64,000 bases of DNA from an uncultured Chloroflexia bacterium. Lineage in GTDB: Bacteria > Chloroflexota > Limnocylindria > Limnocylindrales > CSP1-4. Numbering within the stretch: position 1 is the first letter of the stretch; every line of letters starts with the position of its first letter. Below, one piece after another: positions 40,953 to 51,174 of the stretch. Below the pieces are notes generated by a model. The model ran no database searches and was not told the DNA's origin. It saw only the letters and a program-made list of their open reading frames with translations. The stretch spans positions 197,934 through 261,933 of the forward strand of contig CAVVYR010000001.1 in the NCBI GenBank assembly GCA_963752475.1. Direction: 5' to 3'. The position numbers and the translations under genes are program-made.

Positions 40953-42485
40953 ATGGTCTTGCGGATGAAGCGACAGATCAGCAGCCTTATCGCCATCACG
41001 GCAGCGACGCTCATCCTCAGCGGCCCGGCGCTCTCGAGCACGCCGGGTCCGGTGTTGCCGATCGGGGAAGCGGATCCGCCGGCATACGATCCGACCGAGC
41101 CATACCGCGACGACCGGGGTGGCCGCTGTCCCGCCGGCAACACACGCATGGGCCCGGGCGGGGAGATCGACCTCACGGGACCGACCGAATGGAACCGCCT
41201 GCCCGGTCCGGTCGTGCCGGTGGCGCCCGCACCGGCGACCGAGTCCGCACCGTGCCTCGCCGATGTCCGGCTCGATCTGCTGGTCGAAGCGCCCGACGAC
41301 AAGAAGCCCGACGGTGCGGATGGGAACCTCGACGGCATCGCCGTGCCGCGGCCCTCGCTCGAGGGCGGGTTCGAGGTCACCCTGCCCGCCCAGGATCGCG
41401 TCATCACGCTTTCGGACCCAGGCGACAACTGGGAGCTCAAGTCGACGTCGTGCTCATGCTCGGGCTGGACCACGCTCTCGGCCTCGAGTGGCCTCGCGCT
41501 CGCTTCGGCACCCGGAGAGTCGACGGCATACCCACAGCCGGTCGTCCCTGTGCCGGCCTCACCGGGAGGACCGGGGGGTTGCACGGGTGCCTCCCCCAGC
41601 GTGGTCTTCCCGGCGACCGTGCCACCGGTGCTGCCGATGTCGGGCGGCTCGACCGAGCTCACGGCCTATCCAGCTCCTGTGCTTCCTGTGGCGACGTTGC
41701 AGGCTCCGAAGGTCGAGTGGGACGATGGCGGCACCGTCACCATCACCGATCCCGACCAGGTCGGGGGCACCTTCACGTGTGTCTGGACCGTCGAGTTGAT
41801 CTACGGCCAGCTCGATGTCGAGACCGTCACCAAGCCTGACGGCGAGGAAGGACGCTTCCAGTACGAAGTCGTGCCGACCGGCGGGCAACCGGACGCTACC
41901 GCCTTCACGGTGCGCGGGAGCGCTTCCGAGCGCTTGCGCTGGGGACCATGGTCGATCGACCTGGCCGAGCTCCCCGAGGGCTGGAAGGTGAAGAGGTCGA
42001 ACTGCACCGAGTCCGACGGTCCGCTCGTGAGCCTGGCTGATGGTCCGTCGGCCACGGTCGGCCTCGATCAGGACGATGCCGTCAAGTGCACGTTCGAGCT
42101 CGAGCTGCTGGCGCCCAAGCCCGGCCGCTGGAAGGCGAACGAGAAGGCCGGCAAAGTGGTGTGCTCGAAGGGCGGCCGGGCCGTCCCGTTCGACCTCAGT
42201 CAGGCGTTCGACGTCGTTCGGCTGCAGGTGCGTGACGAGGGCGACCGGCTCATCGCCCGCGGTGGCGGCAACAGCTTCACCTGGCGTCGTGACCGTGACG
42301 ATCCGCTGCGCTATGCAGGCAAGAAACGATTCAAGCAGGCTGGCGTGACGCTGGACTGGGACATCCGGCTCAATCTCAAGAGCGAGACGCGGATGACGGG
42401 CACGGCGCGAGCCGTGGCCAAGGGCAGAGGTGCCAAGTGCACCTTCCGGCGGCCGCTGACGCTCACGCACGCCTCGGCCAACTGA
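40953..42485 (+). CDS. secreted Cys-containing beta-sandwich (prealbumin/SpaA-like) protein with Pro-Val repeats
   Basis: signal peptide; ELPEGWKVKRSNC...VKCTF and WELKSTSC...FTCVW modules. Confidence 0.6.
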   Translation: MVLRMKRQISSLIAITAATLILSGPALSSTPGPVLPIGEADPPAYDPTEPYRDDRGGRCPAGNTRMGPGGEIDLTGPTEWNRLPGPVVPVAPAPATESAPCLADVRLDLLVEAPDDKKPDGADGNLDGIAVPRPSLEGGFEVTLPAQDRVITLSDPGDNWELKSTSCSCSGWTTLSASSGLALASAPGESTAYPQPVVPVPASPGGPGGCTGASPSVVFPATVPPVLPMSGGSTELTAYPAPVLPVATLQAPKVEWDDGGTVTITDPDQVGGTFTCVWTVELIYGQLDVETVTKPDGEEGRFQYEVVPTGGQPDATAFTVRGSASERLRWGPWSIDLAELPEGWKVKRSNCTESDGPLVSLADGPSATVGLDQDDAVKCTFELELLAPKPGRWKANEKAGKVVCSKGGRAVPFDLSQAFDVVRLQVRDEGDRLIARGGGNSFTWRRDRDDPLRYAGKKRFKQAGVTLDWDIRLNLKSETRMTGTARAVAKGRGAKCTFRRPLTLTHASAN

Positions 42486-42531
42486 GGCCGGACCAACGCA
42501 CGGCGACTGCGGGGCCGAGCGCCCGCAAGGA

Positions 42532-43465
42532 TCAGCCCTCGCGCGTCGACAGCCCCCGATCGTCTGAGGTCCGCGCCTCTTGCTCGAGCTCCATCGCGAC
42601 GTCGACAAGACGGGCCGCATGTCGCTCGTGGACTTCGTCGAAGGGCAGGATCGGCTGCCTCACGAGTGGCGTTCGGAAGATGCCCTGGGCGTAGAGCAGT
42701 CGCTTGAAGAAGTGGATCGAGATGTCCAGGTGCTGGTTGGCGAAGGCCAGGACGGGCAGCAGCCTCTCGAACGACGCCACCGCTCCGGACCGATCTCCCT
42801 CGTCGTACAGGTGGTGGATCCGGACGTAGGTGCGATGCATCGCCGTAGGCATGAGGGTGTCCACCCCACGGTCCAACGCATCGATCATCTGGGACACGGC
42901 CCATCCGCCCGCGAGGTGAAGGCTACCTCCGGTGGCCCGCTTCACTTCCGAGTACTTGGGACCGGCGGGCACCACCTCGACCTTCAACGACTGGAACAGA
43001 CCAGCCTCATGCAGCCTGACGATCAACGGGACCGGCAGTCCGTACCCAGTCGCATCCCAGTCCTGGAGCATCAGGAACGGCGGGTCCAGATCGGCGATTC
43101 GACGGACATCGGACTCATACCGAGCGTCCGACTCGTATGGCAGCGAAACGAGCACGCCATCGCATCCGAGGTCGATCAGCCCACGCGTGATCCGCGTCCG
43201 AGTGGCCTCATCCGGGTGTGACGCCCCGCCGATGACCGGCACTCGTCCGTCCACGGCCTCGATCGCGGACGCCACCAACGTGCTCCGCTCCGATTCGGAG
43301 AGCTTCGACACCTCACTCGCCATGGCGGGCAGCAGGAACCCCGCGACACCGCGCATCCAGCGCGTACTCCACGTGCGCACGCATCGAGCCCGGGTCTACT
43401 TCACCCGACTCGGTGAATGGCGTGTTCAGCACCGTGACGATGCCACCAAGGTCCGGGATCGGCAT
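42532..43465 (-). CDS. dihydrodipicolinate synthase (class I aldolase) family protein, frameshift near 43352
   Basis: GIVTVLNTPFTESGEVD (upstream frame), GVAGFL...SEV, GRVPVIGG, SLKVE Schiff-base Lys. Confidence 0.82.
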
Positions 43466-43755
43466 CAGTCCTCCATGGCCTTCGACCCCACGCGGTGCCC
43501 GTCCGTCTCAGGACTCAAGTAGCCCGGCGGGCTCGGCACCGGCTGCGATGGGCACGCGCCGGTCGCTGTCGGACTCATCCGAGAGATAGACGGTCCATGC
43601 ATGCTCGTGCTCCTCGGGCCGAGGTTCGCACCGGTCGGCCGATCTGCGGTGGCGAGACCGGCCGGCACCAACGATAGCCGTCTGGCCGGGTAGCCTCGGC
43701 AAGTCACGGGCGAGATCGCCCAGCAAGCAGCACAAGCAAGGGTAGGGAGGGGCCA

Positions 43756-44982
43756 GTGGCAACGGTCGTGTTGGTCGGAACCCTCGACACGAAAGGGCCG
43801 GAGTATGCGTTCCTGAAGGAGCGGATCGTGGCAGCGGGTTGTGACGTGACCATGGTCGATGCCGGAGTCACCTCGGTGGTGGCGGAGGCAGACATCGACG
43901 CTGACGAAGTCGCGACCGCGGCCGGAGTGGACCGAGCGGCACTCGCGGCCGCCAACGATCGCGGGTCGGCGGTCGCCGCCATGGCACGCGGGGCCACTGC
44001 AGTCGTTGAGCGACTCCATGGCGAGGGGCGTCTCGACGCCGTCCTTGGCATCGGCGGGTCGGGCGGTTCGTCGATCGTCTCGGCCGCGATGCAGGCGCTG
44101 CCGATCGGCGTGCCCAAGCTCCTCGTCTCCACCATGGCCTCGGGTGACACCAGCCCGTACGTCGGAACGTCGGACATCACGATGATGCACTCGGTCGTCG
44201 ATGTCGCGGGCATCAACGGCATCTCGGAGAAGGTGCTCACGAATGCTGCCGCAGCCGTCGCGGGAATGGCTGACGCGGCCGAGGGATTCGTCTCCGCCAT
44301 CGAGCCCAGGCCACTCATCGGAGCCACGATGCTCGGTGTCACCACGCCCTGTGTGACGACCGCACGCGAACGGCTCGAGGAGCTGGGCTACGAGGTCCTC
44401 ACCTTCCATGCGACCGGGACCGGTGGCCGGTCGATGGAGTCGCTGATGAAGGCTGGCTTCATCACCGGTTCACTCGACATCACCATCACCGAGCTCGTGG
44501 ACGAGCTGGTCGGTGGTGTCCTCTCGGCCGGTCCGGACCGGCTGGAGGCTGCGGGCTCGCTGGGACTCCCCCAGGTCGTCTCGCTGGGCGGACTGGACAT
44601 GTGCACCTTCGGACCACGCGACGCCGTGCCCGCGAAGTTCGAGGGCCGCGACCTCTACATCCACAACCCGACCATCACGCTGATGCGCACGACGAGAGAC
44701 GAGTGTGCGGAGCTGGGCCGGATCATCGCTCGCAAGCTCAACGCAGCAACGGGTCCGCTGGCGCTGTTCCTCCCCCTCGGTGGTGTCTCGATGATCGACG
44801 TCCCCGATGCCCCGTTCTACGACCCGGAGGCCGATGCGGCGCTCATCGCCGAGCTCAAGGCCGGGCTTCGACCGGATGTCGAGGTCGTCGAGATGGACAC
44901 CGATATCAACGACCCAGCATTCGCGACGGCCATGGCCGACCGGCTCGACGAGCTGTATCGGGCATGGGACTTGGCGAGGTGA
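43756..44982 (+). CDS. Tm-1-like ATP-binding domain protein (UPF0261)
   Basis: [51 protein letters not shown]. Confidence 0.9.
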   Translation: MATVVLVGTLDTKGPEYAFLKERIVAAGCDVTMVDAGVTSVVAEADIDADEVATAAGVDRAALAAANDRGSAVAAMARGATAVVERLHGEGRLDAVLGIGGSGGSSIVSAAMQALPIGVPKLLVSTMASGDTSPYVGTSDITMMHSVVDVAGINGISEKVLTNAAAAVAGMADAAEGFVSAIEPRPLIGATMLGVTTPCVTTARERLEELGYEVLTFHATGTGGRSMESLMKAGFITGSLDITITELVDELVGGVLSAGPDRLEAAGSLGLPQVVSLGGLDMCTFGPRDAVPAKFEGRDLYIHNPTITLMRTTRDECAELGRIIARKLNAATGPLALFLPLGGVSMIDVPDAPFYDPEADAALIAELKAGLRPDVEVVEMDTDINDPAFATAMADRLDELYRAWDLAR

Positions 44983-45013
44983 TCCCGGAACCGATGCACG
45001 AAGGAGGGAACGC

Positions 45014-45850
45014 ATGAACGGACAGGAAGCGCTTGCGCGGCTGCGTGGGACGATCGACAGCGGCGGCGTGATCATGGGTGCCGGAGCCGGTACGGGCCTC
45101 TCGGCCAAGTGCGCCGAAGCCGGCGGTGCCGACCTCATCATCATCTACAACTCCGGGCGCTACCGCATGGCCGGGCGCGGCTCGCTGGCCGGCTGCATGC
45201 CCTACGGCGACGCCAACGCGATCGTCATGGAGATGGCGGCCGAGGTCCTGCCGGTCGTCAAGGAGACGCCTGTCCTGGCCGGTGTCTGCGGCACCGACCC
45301 CTTCCGCCAGATGCCGGTCTTCCTCGAGGAGATCGAGCGCATCGGCTTCTCAGGCGTCCAGAACTTCCCCACCGTGGGCCTCTGCGACGGACAGTTCCGG
45401 CAGAATCTCGAGGAGACCGGCATGGGCTATGGGCTGGAGGTCGAGATGATCGCGGCAGCCCACGAGGCCGGCCTGCTGACGACGCCGTACGTCTTCGACG
45501 ACGACCAGGCCCGTGCGATGGCCGGCGCCGGCGCCGATGTGCTCGTGGCCCACATGGGCCTGACCACGAAGGGCGCGATCGGGGCCACGACCGCCCTCAC
45601 GCTCGAAGCATCTGCCGAGCGGATCCAGGCGATCCGTGACGCGGCCGTCGAGGTGAAGCCGGACATCATCGTCCTCTGCCACGGCGGTCCCGTGGCCGAG
45701 CCGGAGGACGCCCAGTACGTACTCGAGCACACCGCCGGCGTGGCCGGCTTCTTCGGTGCCTCGAGCATGGAGCGGCTCCCCACCGAGATCGCGATCACCG
45801 AGAATATGCAGCGCTTCAAGCGGATCTCGCCCTCGGCGAACGCGAGCTAG
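45014..45850 (+). CDS. phosphoenolpyruvate hydrolase-like TIM-barrel protein
   Basis: [53 protein letters not shown]. Confidence 0.9.
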   Translation: MNGQEALARLRGTIDSGGVIMGAGAGTGLSAKCAEAGGADLIIIYNSGRYRMAGRGSLAGCMPYGDANAIVMEMAAEVLPVVKETPVLAGVCGTDPFRQMPVFLEEIERIGFSGVQNFPTVGLCDGQFRQNLEETGMGYGLEVEMIAAAHEAGLLTTPYVFDDDQARAMAGAGADVLVAHMGLTTKGAIGATTALTLEASAERIQAIRDAAVEVKPDIIVLCHGGPVAEPEDAQYVLEHTAGVAGFFGASSMERLPTEIAITENMQRFKRISPSANAS

Positions 45851-45954
45851 GTCGCAGCTCCCTCGGCCGCCAGGACGCGAGCGCCAAGCCTTCGTTCGGT
45901 GCGACTACACTCGCAGCCTTGGAGCTGCACCGAGCGAAGGGGGGCTGGCACGTC

Positions 45955-47343
45955 ATGGACCGCTACGACGAGCGCACGCTGGGGCTGGCTGGGATCCGAG
46001 CCAGCGGCGAGCTGGAGCTGCTGCTACCGGGCGATGAGGGCTTCGAGGCCGCCTGCGTGCCCTGGAGCGCCCGCTTCCGGAACCGGCCGATCGCGATCGC
46101 GCGACCCATCACCACCGACGCCGTGGCGACCGTCGTGGCAGGCGCTCGAGAGCGCGGGCTCAAGGTCGCCATCCAGGCCACCGGCCACGGCCCTACGCGC
46201 GAGGCTGACGGCGCCATCCTCCTCGATGTCTCGGGCCTGACCGAGGTAGGCGTCGACCCCGAGACGAAGCGAGCGACGATCGGGGGCGGCGCGAACTGGG
46301 AGACCGTCCTTGCGGCCACGAGCCCGCACGGCCTGGCACCGGTGCTCGGCTCGTCGCCCAAGGTCGGGGCCGTCGGCTACGTCCTCGGCGGCGGCATCGG
46401 TTGGCTGTATCGCAAGTACGGCAGCGGAGCGGACAGCGTCCGCGCCTTCGAGCTCGTCACCGCGGACGGCGAGGTGCGCCGCGTGTCCGCCGACGAAGAG
46501 GCCGATCTCTTCTGGGCGCTGCGCGGCGCGGGCGCCGGCCACCTGGGCGTGGTCACCGCGATGGAGCTGCAGCTCTACCCCATCACCGAGCTCTACGCCG
46601 GCAGCCTCTTCTACCCGTCCGAGATGGCCGGCGAGGTCCTCCGCCGCTGGCGCGACTGGATCGCGACCGTGCCCGACGGCCTCACCTCCGCCGCCAATCT
46701 GATGAACTTCCCGCCCGTCGAGGGCGTGCCGCCCGACCTGCAGGGCAAGTCCTTCGTCTCGATTCGAGGCGCCTGGGACGGCCCCATGGCAGACGGCGAG
46801 CGACTCATGTCTCACTGGCGTGAGTGGCGCGAGCCGGCCATCGACGCCTTCGGGCCGCTGCCCTTCGAGCGGGTCGGCGAGATCAGCCAGGACCCGGTCG
46901 ACCCGATGCCGGTGGCCATCACCGGCTCGTGGATCCGCGAGCTGTCCGACGCCAGCATCGATGCCCTCGTCGAGCACACCTTCGTGACCGGCCGCCCACC
47001 GGCGCTGCTCTTCGCGGAGATCCGACACACCGGCCATCGGACCGCCGCCCCCGGCTCTCACGCCATGGCCGAGAGCGAGGCCGACGCCGTCGCCGTGGTC
47101 CAGTTGCTCGGGGTCACCCCCACACCGGAGGCCTTCGAGTCGGTGCGCGTCGTCCTTGACACCGTGATGCGTGCGATGGAGCCCGATCTGACCGGCCGCC
47201 CGTATCTCAACTATCTCGAGGGCGACGAACGCCGCGACGGTGTCGAGGAGGCCCTCGGCGCCGATTCGGCCGGCCGGCTTGCCGAGATCAAGAGCGGAGT
47301 CGATCCGGAGAACGTCTTCGATCACGGACTTCGCTCGAGCTAG
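45955..47343 (+). CDS. FAD-linked oxidoreductase (BBE/VAO type)
   Basis: QATGHG, LGGGIGW, DLFWALRG, YLNY, K..VDPENVF. Confidence 0.9.
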   Translation: MDRYDERTLGLAGIRASGELELLLPGDEGFEAACVPWSARFRNRPIAIARPITTDAVATVVAGARERGLKVAIQATGHGPTREADGAILLDVSGLTEVGVDPETKRATIGGGANWETVLAATSPHGLAPVLGSSPKVGAVGYVLGGGIGWLYRKYGSGADSVRAFELVTADGEVRRVSADEEADLFWALRGAGAGHLGVVTAMELQLYPITELYAGSLFYPSEMAGEVLRRWRDWIATVPDGLTSAANLMNFPPVEGVPPDLQGKSFVSIRGAWDGPMADGERLMSHWREWREPAIDAFGPLPFERVGEISQDPVDPMPVAITGSWIRELSDASIDALVEHTFVTGRPPALLFAEIRHTGHRTAAPGSHAMAESEADAVAVVQLLGVTPTPEAFESVRVVLDTVMRAMEPDLTGRPYLNYLEGDERRDGVEEALGADSAGRLAEIKSGVDPENVFDHGLRSS

Positions 47344-48494
47344 ACCTTCACGAACTCCGAGAGGTCGGATGTCAGGATCGCCTCCAGCTCGGAGAGGTCT
47401 GAGCTGGGCGTGCGCACGAACAGGAAGCCGAAGACCGGGTACTCGCGACGATCGATCGGGCGCGCCTCGATGACATGCGCGAAGCGGGCGACCACGGCAT
47501 CGAGGTCGAAGGATCGGATCTCCGCCGGGTCCATCCCGGTCGAGTCGTCGAGCACGACGATGGCGTAGGTCTCGCCCTCGTGACCGTCGAGGACCGCCGG
47601 CCAGTCGGGGACCTCGGCTCGGAACCAGGCCAGGTACGGGTCCATGCCGAAGGCCTGCGCGGTGAGGTCGGCCGTCGTACACCAGCCGCCGAAGCGCAGT
47701 GGATTGACCTCGATCGGCCGCAGGGCGCCGGAGCCGTCACGGCGCAGCTCGACGTGGAATGGGAAGTCTCGGCACTCGGTCACCCGCCCGAGCTCGGTCA
47801 GGTAGTCGGTGAATGCCGGGAGGCACTCCTCGATGATCTCCTTCGACGTGACGTAGACCCGGTCACTCACGTCGTGGTCGGAGGCGAAGAGGTGGCGAAA
47901 GATGCTCAGGATGACCGGCTGGCCCTGGCTGTCGAAGTAGCCGTCCACGGCGTACTCGTCACCCTCGAGCATCTGCTCCACGATGAAGACCGAGGCGTCC
48001 ACTACCGATGACGGATAGAGGCCTCGAGCCGCGGCTACCTCCGCCCTGATGTCCGCGGCCACCTCCGCCCATGCCTCGGGCCCGAACAGCGGATGGACCG
48101 ACATGCTGAAGAAGCCGACCGCCGGCTTGATCACGGAGGGGTAGTCGAAGGTCGTCGGGTCGACGCCGGATAGCTCCTCGAGGGTGACCGCCCGGAAGTC
48201 GACCTCCGGATGCAGGGACGCGGTCGCACGGCGGAACGCGAGCTTGTCCTTGAAGCGGTCGATCCGTGCGGCCAGCTCCGGGTCCGGATACACCTCGGCG
48301 ACGTCGGCCAGAGCGTTCTCCGAGCTGGTCAGGATCCGCGGCACGCCTGCCCCGATCTTGGGCCCATCGACGAACCGCAACCGATGCCCACCCGCGTACC
48401 GTCTGGCCGCGGGAGTATCGAGCACCGGCAGGCCGTGCTCCTCGGCACAGCGCAGCAGGAAGTCGGACACGTACGGCTTGTCGAGCACGAGCAT
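47340..48494 (-). CDS. ATP-grasp domain protein
   Basis: FKDKLAFR, VIKPAVG, VEQMLEGDEYAVD, FHVELR, IEVNPLRFGG. Confidence 0.85.
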   Translation of the reverse strand: MLVLDKPYVSDFLLRCAEEHGLPVLDTPAARRYAGGHRLRFVDGPKIGAGVPRILTSSENALADVAEVYPDPELAARIDRFKDKLAFRRATASLHPEVDFRAVTLEELSGVDPTTFDYPSVIKPAVGFFSMSVHPLFGPEAWAEVAADIRAEVAAARGLYPSSVVDASVFIVEQMLEGDEYAVDGYFDSQGQPVILSIFRHLFASDHDVSDRVYVTSKEIIEECLPAFTDYLTELGRVTECRDFPFHVELRRDGSGALRPIEVNPLRFGGWCTTADLTAQAFGMDPYLAWFRAEVPDWPAVLDGHEGETYAIVVLDDSTGMDPAEIRSFDLDAVVARFAHVIEARPIDRREYPVFGFLFVRTPSSDLSELEAILTSDLSEFVKV

Positions 48495-48606
48495 CCGAGA
48501 CCCCCTTCCAACGCCGTAGCTTCGCGGCAGCATGCGGGACACCCCGCGAAGGGGGCCGCCTCAAGGATAGCCGCGAACCGGGTCGGCCTCAGGGGTATAC
48601 AATCAC

Positions 48607-48635
48607 TTGACAAACCCTATACGGCCACATAGATT
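48607..48635 (+). promoter_or_regulatory. near-consensus sigma70 promoter TTGACA-N17-TAGATT
   Basis: -35 at 48607-48612, -10 at 48630-48635; GGGAGG RBS before ATG 48675. Confidence 0.75.
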
Positions 48636-48674
48636 CCACGATGCAGCGGCAACACAGCCGCTTGGGAGGGACGG

Positions 48675-49559
48675 ATGGACAAGCTCGATCTGCATCGCTA
48701 CATCAAGAAGACCGAGTCGCTCGTCTCGCCCAAGACCGTGGGCGGGCTCTACGGGCGCGCCGAGATGCTCGGGAGACTGCCGGCAGGCGTCCAGAGGTGG
48801 GTCGTGGGCCGCGCTGCGTCAGAGGATGAGCACATCGGCTTCGTGGTCGAGCCCTACGCCTTCTTCCTCTCCTATGAGATCACCGACGTCGAGGCCGCCA
48901 ACCGGCTGCTGCCGCCGGACTACGAGCTCATCCCGACCGCCATGTTCGAGGGCACTGAGCCCCGCTATGCCGGCATCCTGGCCGCCTTCAACATCCACAC
49001 CTCGGTCTTCTGGGGCAACCGTGTCGAGCTCTATGTCATCGCCGAGAACAAGCGCACTGGAATGCTCTCCTGGCTCATCTGCGACTACGAGTCGAACACC
49101 ATCAGCTACGACCCCGGCCAAGGCTTTTCCGGCTCCAGCACCAGCCGCTCGGTGGTGACCACGTCCCACAAGGGTGAGGTCATCGTCGACGTCGCGAGCG
49201 CGGACGGCCGCAACGCCATCGCCGCGGTCGCCGACCTCGACGGCGCCGCCATGCGCCCGCTCGAACAGCGCCTCTGGCTCGAGGGCAACCTCTCGGTCGA
49301 CTACGGCGGGCGATTGATGGACCCCGACTCGGTCCCGTTCGGACTGATCTTCGACCCGGGCGAGGTCGAGCGTGCGCTCGAGATCGAGCCCGAAGCCGTG
49401 GCTGTCGAGGCCAACACCTTCGGCGCTGACTACCTGGCTGACGAGCCCTTCGAGGCCTGCGTCTTCCCATACGCCCAGCATTTCCAGACCACCAGCTTCC
49501 CGGTCGCCAGCCCCATCACCGACCGCGAAGGCCTGGAGCGGGCCGTGAGCAGCCTGTAG
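48675..49559 (+). CDS. conserved hypothetical protein (possibly acetoacetate decarboxylase-like fold)
   Basis: strong promoter and RBS, typical codon usage; 'RLLPPDYELIP...RVELYV' pattern only suggestive of the fold. Confidence 0.65.
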   Translation: MDKLDLHRYIKKTESLVSPKTVGGLYGRAEMLGRLPAGVQRWVVGRAASEDEHIGFVVEPYAFFLSYEITDVEAANRLLPPDYELIPTAMFEGTEPRYAGILAAFNIHTSVFWGNRVELYVIAENKRTGMLSWLICDYESNTISYDPGQGFSGSSTSRSVVTTSHKGEVIVDVASADGRNAIAAVADLDGAAMRPLEQRLWLEGNLSVDYGGRLMDPDSVPFGLIFDPGEVERALEIEPEAVAVEANTFGADYLADEPFEACVFPYAQHFQTTSFPVASPITDREGLERAVSSL

Positions 49560-49585
49560 ACACAGCCCCCGATCGGGAGCCTGGC

Positions 49586-51004
49586 TCAGTCGCGGGCCGG
49601 CCGCCGCAGCCGGATGCCGGCCGCGATCGCGGCCACCAGCAGGACGCTCGAGACGATCAGCGCCGGCACGAGTCCGATACGCACGAGGAGGGGGAGCGAG
49701 AGCGCCGTGATGAGGCCACCGCCCAGGAACGGCTCATACAGCAGCTGCTTGTAGCTGTAGCTTTCGCGAGCGGTGGTGATGGCCCGCGGGTCGCTCATGT
49801 CGATGAGCATGAAGCCCGACGCGACACTCCCGGTCGACTGGCCGAAGTCGCCGACCGCGCGCTCGAACCAGGTCTTGCCGTAGAAGCGCGGTGCGAGCCA
49901 CAGCAGCGCTCCGATCGACCAGGCACCGGCGACCAGGATCATCAGCAGGAACGGGATGAGGTTCTGCCCGAGGGCCGAGATGGAGAGGGTCGCGATGGCG
50001 GCCGCGATCAGCAGGTCGAGCGAGAGACCGGACACCTGGTTGACGGTCTCGCGTGAGACCAGGTGGGACCAGCCCAGCCGGCTCAGCAGGAGCTGAATGA
50101 TGGCACCGCCGATGATCGTGAACGGGAATAGCGGGACGTCGCCAAGGAACGTCTCCCCGGCTGCCGCGCCAGTGATCAGTACCTCGGCCGCGATAAGCGC
50201 CTGCTGGAGCAGCCAGCCGACCATGATGGAGAGCCCGATGGCCCCGATGACGATGGTCAGGCTGCTGGTCGCGGGATCAGGCTGGTCGCGCTCGGGGATC
50301 TCGACGTGATCGCGGTTGGTGTCCAGCTCGTAGTCCTCGTCGAGCTCGACCTCCCGTTCGCGGGCGATGGTGATGCGGTCGGAGCGGACCGCATGGTTGA
50401 TGAGGAACGTGCCCACCAGCAGGCCACCCAGCAGACCCACCGTAGCCAGGCCCAGTGCGAGGTCCGGCCCATCTTCGAAGCCGGCCTCCGCCATCGTCGA
50501 CGCGAGTCCGGCAGCGGTACCGTGGCCGCCACTGAAGGAGATCTCCAGCAACGCGCCCGAGAGCTCGCTCATGCCGAACAGCGGGACCAGCACGAGCGCC
50601 GCCAGCAGCATGCCGAAGGCGTACTGCCCGAACGACAGGGTCGCGCCGAACAGCGCAGACGACGCGGACGCAGTCCAGATCTGGCGCAGGCTCGGCAGCA
50701 CCTTGCCCAGCAGGATGGACGCGAAGACGACGTTGATGAGCAGTCCCGGTAGCGCGCTCCAGATCTCCTGGGTCGCCTCGGTGAAGAGGCCGTTCTCGAG
50801 CGGCCCGGAGTCGAACAAGGCGCCCAGCAGCTGCGGGCCCAGGAGCAATCCGAGCACGCCGGCCACGATGGCGTTGGGGATGAACAGCGAGCGCAGGAAC
50901 GGGATCCGTCGCCGCAGCGTCGCCGAGATGAGCACCAGGATCGCCAGCAGGGAGAGGGCGATGGCGATCTCACGAAGCTCGAAGGCAGGTGTCAAGTCAG
51001 GCAC
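49586..51004 (-). CDS. sodium/glutamate symporter family (GltS-like)
   Basis: LFIPNAIVAG, EISFSGGHGTAAG, LATVG, FGQSTG. Confidence 0.88.
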   Translation of the reverse strand: MPDLTPAFELREIAIALSLLAILVLISATLRRRIPFLRSLFIPNAIVAGVLGLLLGPQLLGALFDSGPLENGLFTEATQEIWSALPGLLINVVFASILLGKVLPSLRQIWTASASSALFGATLSFGQYAFGMLLAALVLVPLFGMSELSGALLEISFSGGHGTAAGLASTMAEAGFEDGPDLALGLATVGLLGGLLVGTFLINHAVRSDRITIAREREVELDEDYELDTNRDHVEIPERDQPDPATSSLTIVIGAIGLSIMVGWLLQQALIAAEVLITGAAAGETFLGDVPLFPFTIIGGAIIQLLLSRLGWSHLVSRETVNQVSGLSLDLLIAAAIATLSISALGQNLIPFLLMILVAGAWSIGALLWLAPRFYGKTWFERAVGDFGQSTGSVASGFMLIDMSDPRAITTARESYSYKQLLYEPFLGGGLITALSLPLLVRIGLVPALIVSSVLLVAAIAAGIRLRRPARD

Positions 51005-51174
51005 GGACGCTGTCCCCTGGGCGGCGATCGACGCGTGACACGGTAGCCGAACGCACGGTGCTCTCGTGCGCTGGGCTTCCGTTCGGCCACGGTTCCAGGG
51101 TGCGGCCGCCGTTCGCCTAGCCTGTCGACCTGCCCAGCGCCTGGGGTGACATCGGCCGTGCCCTCGGAGATGAT

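Noticed and set aside
46024-47682. Long antisense ORFs (also 5579-6922, 27998-29239, 34237-35691, 61698-62969)
   Set aside because: Expected shadows of high-GC codon usage opposite well-supported genes.
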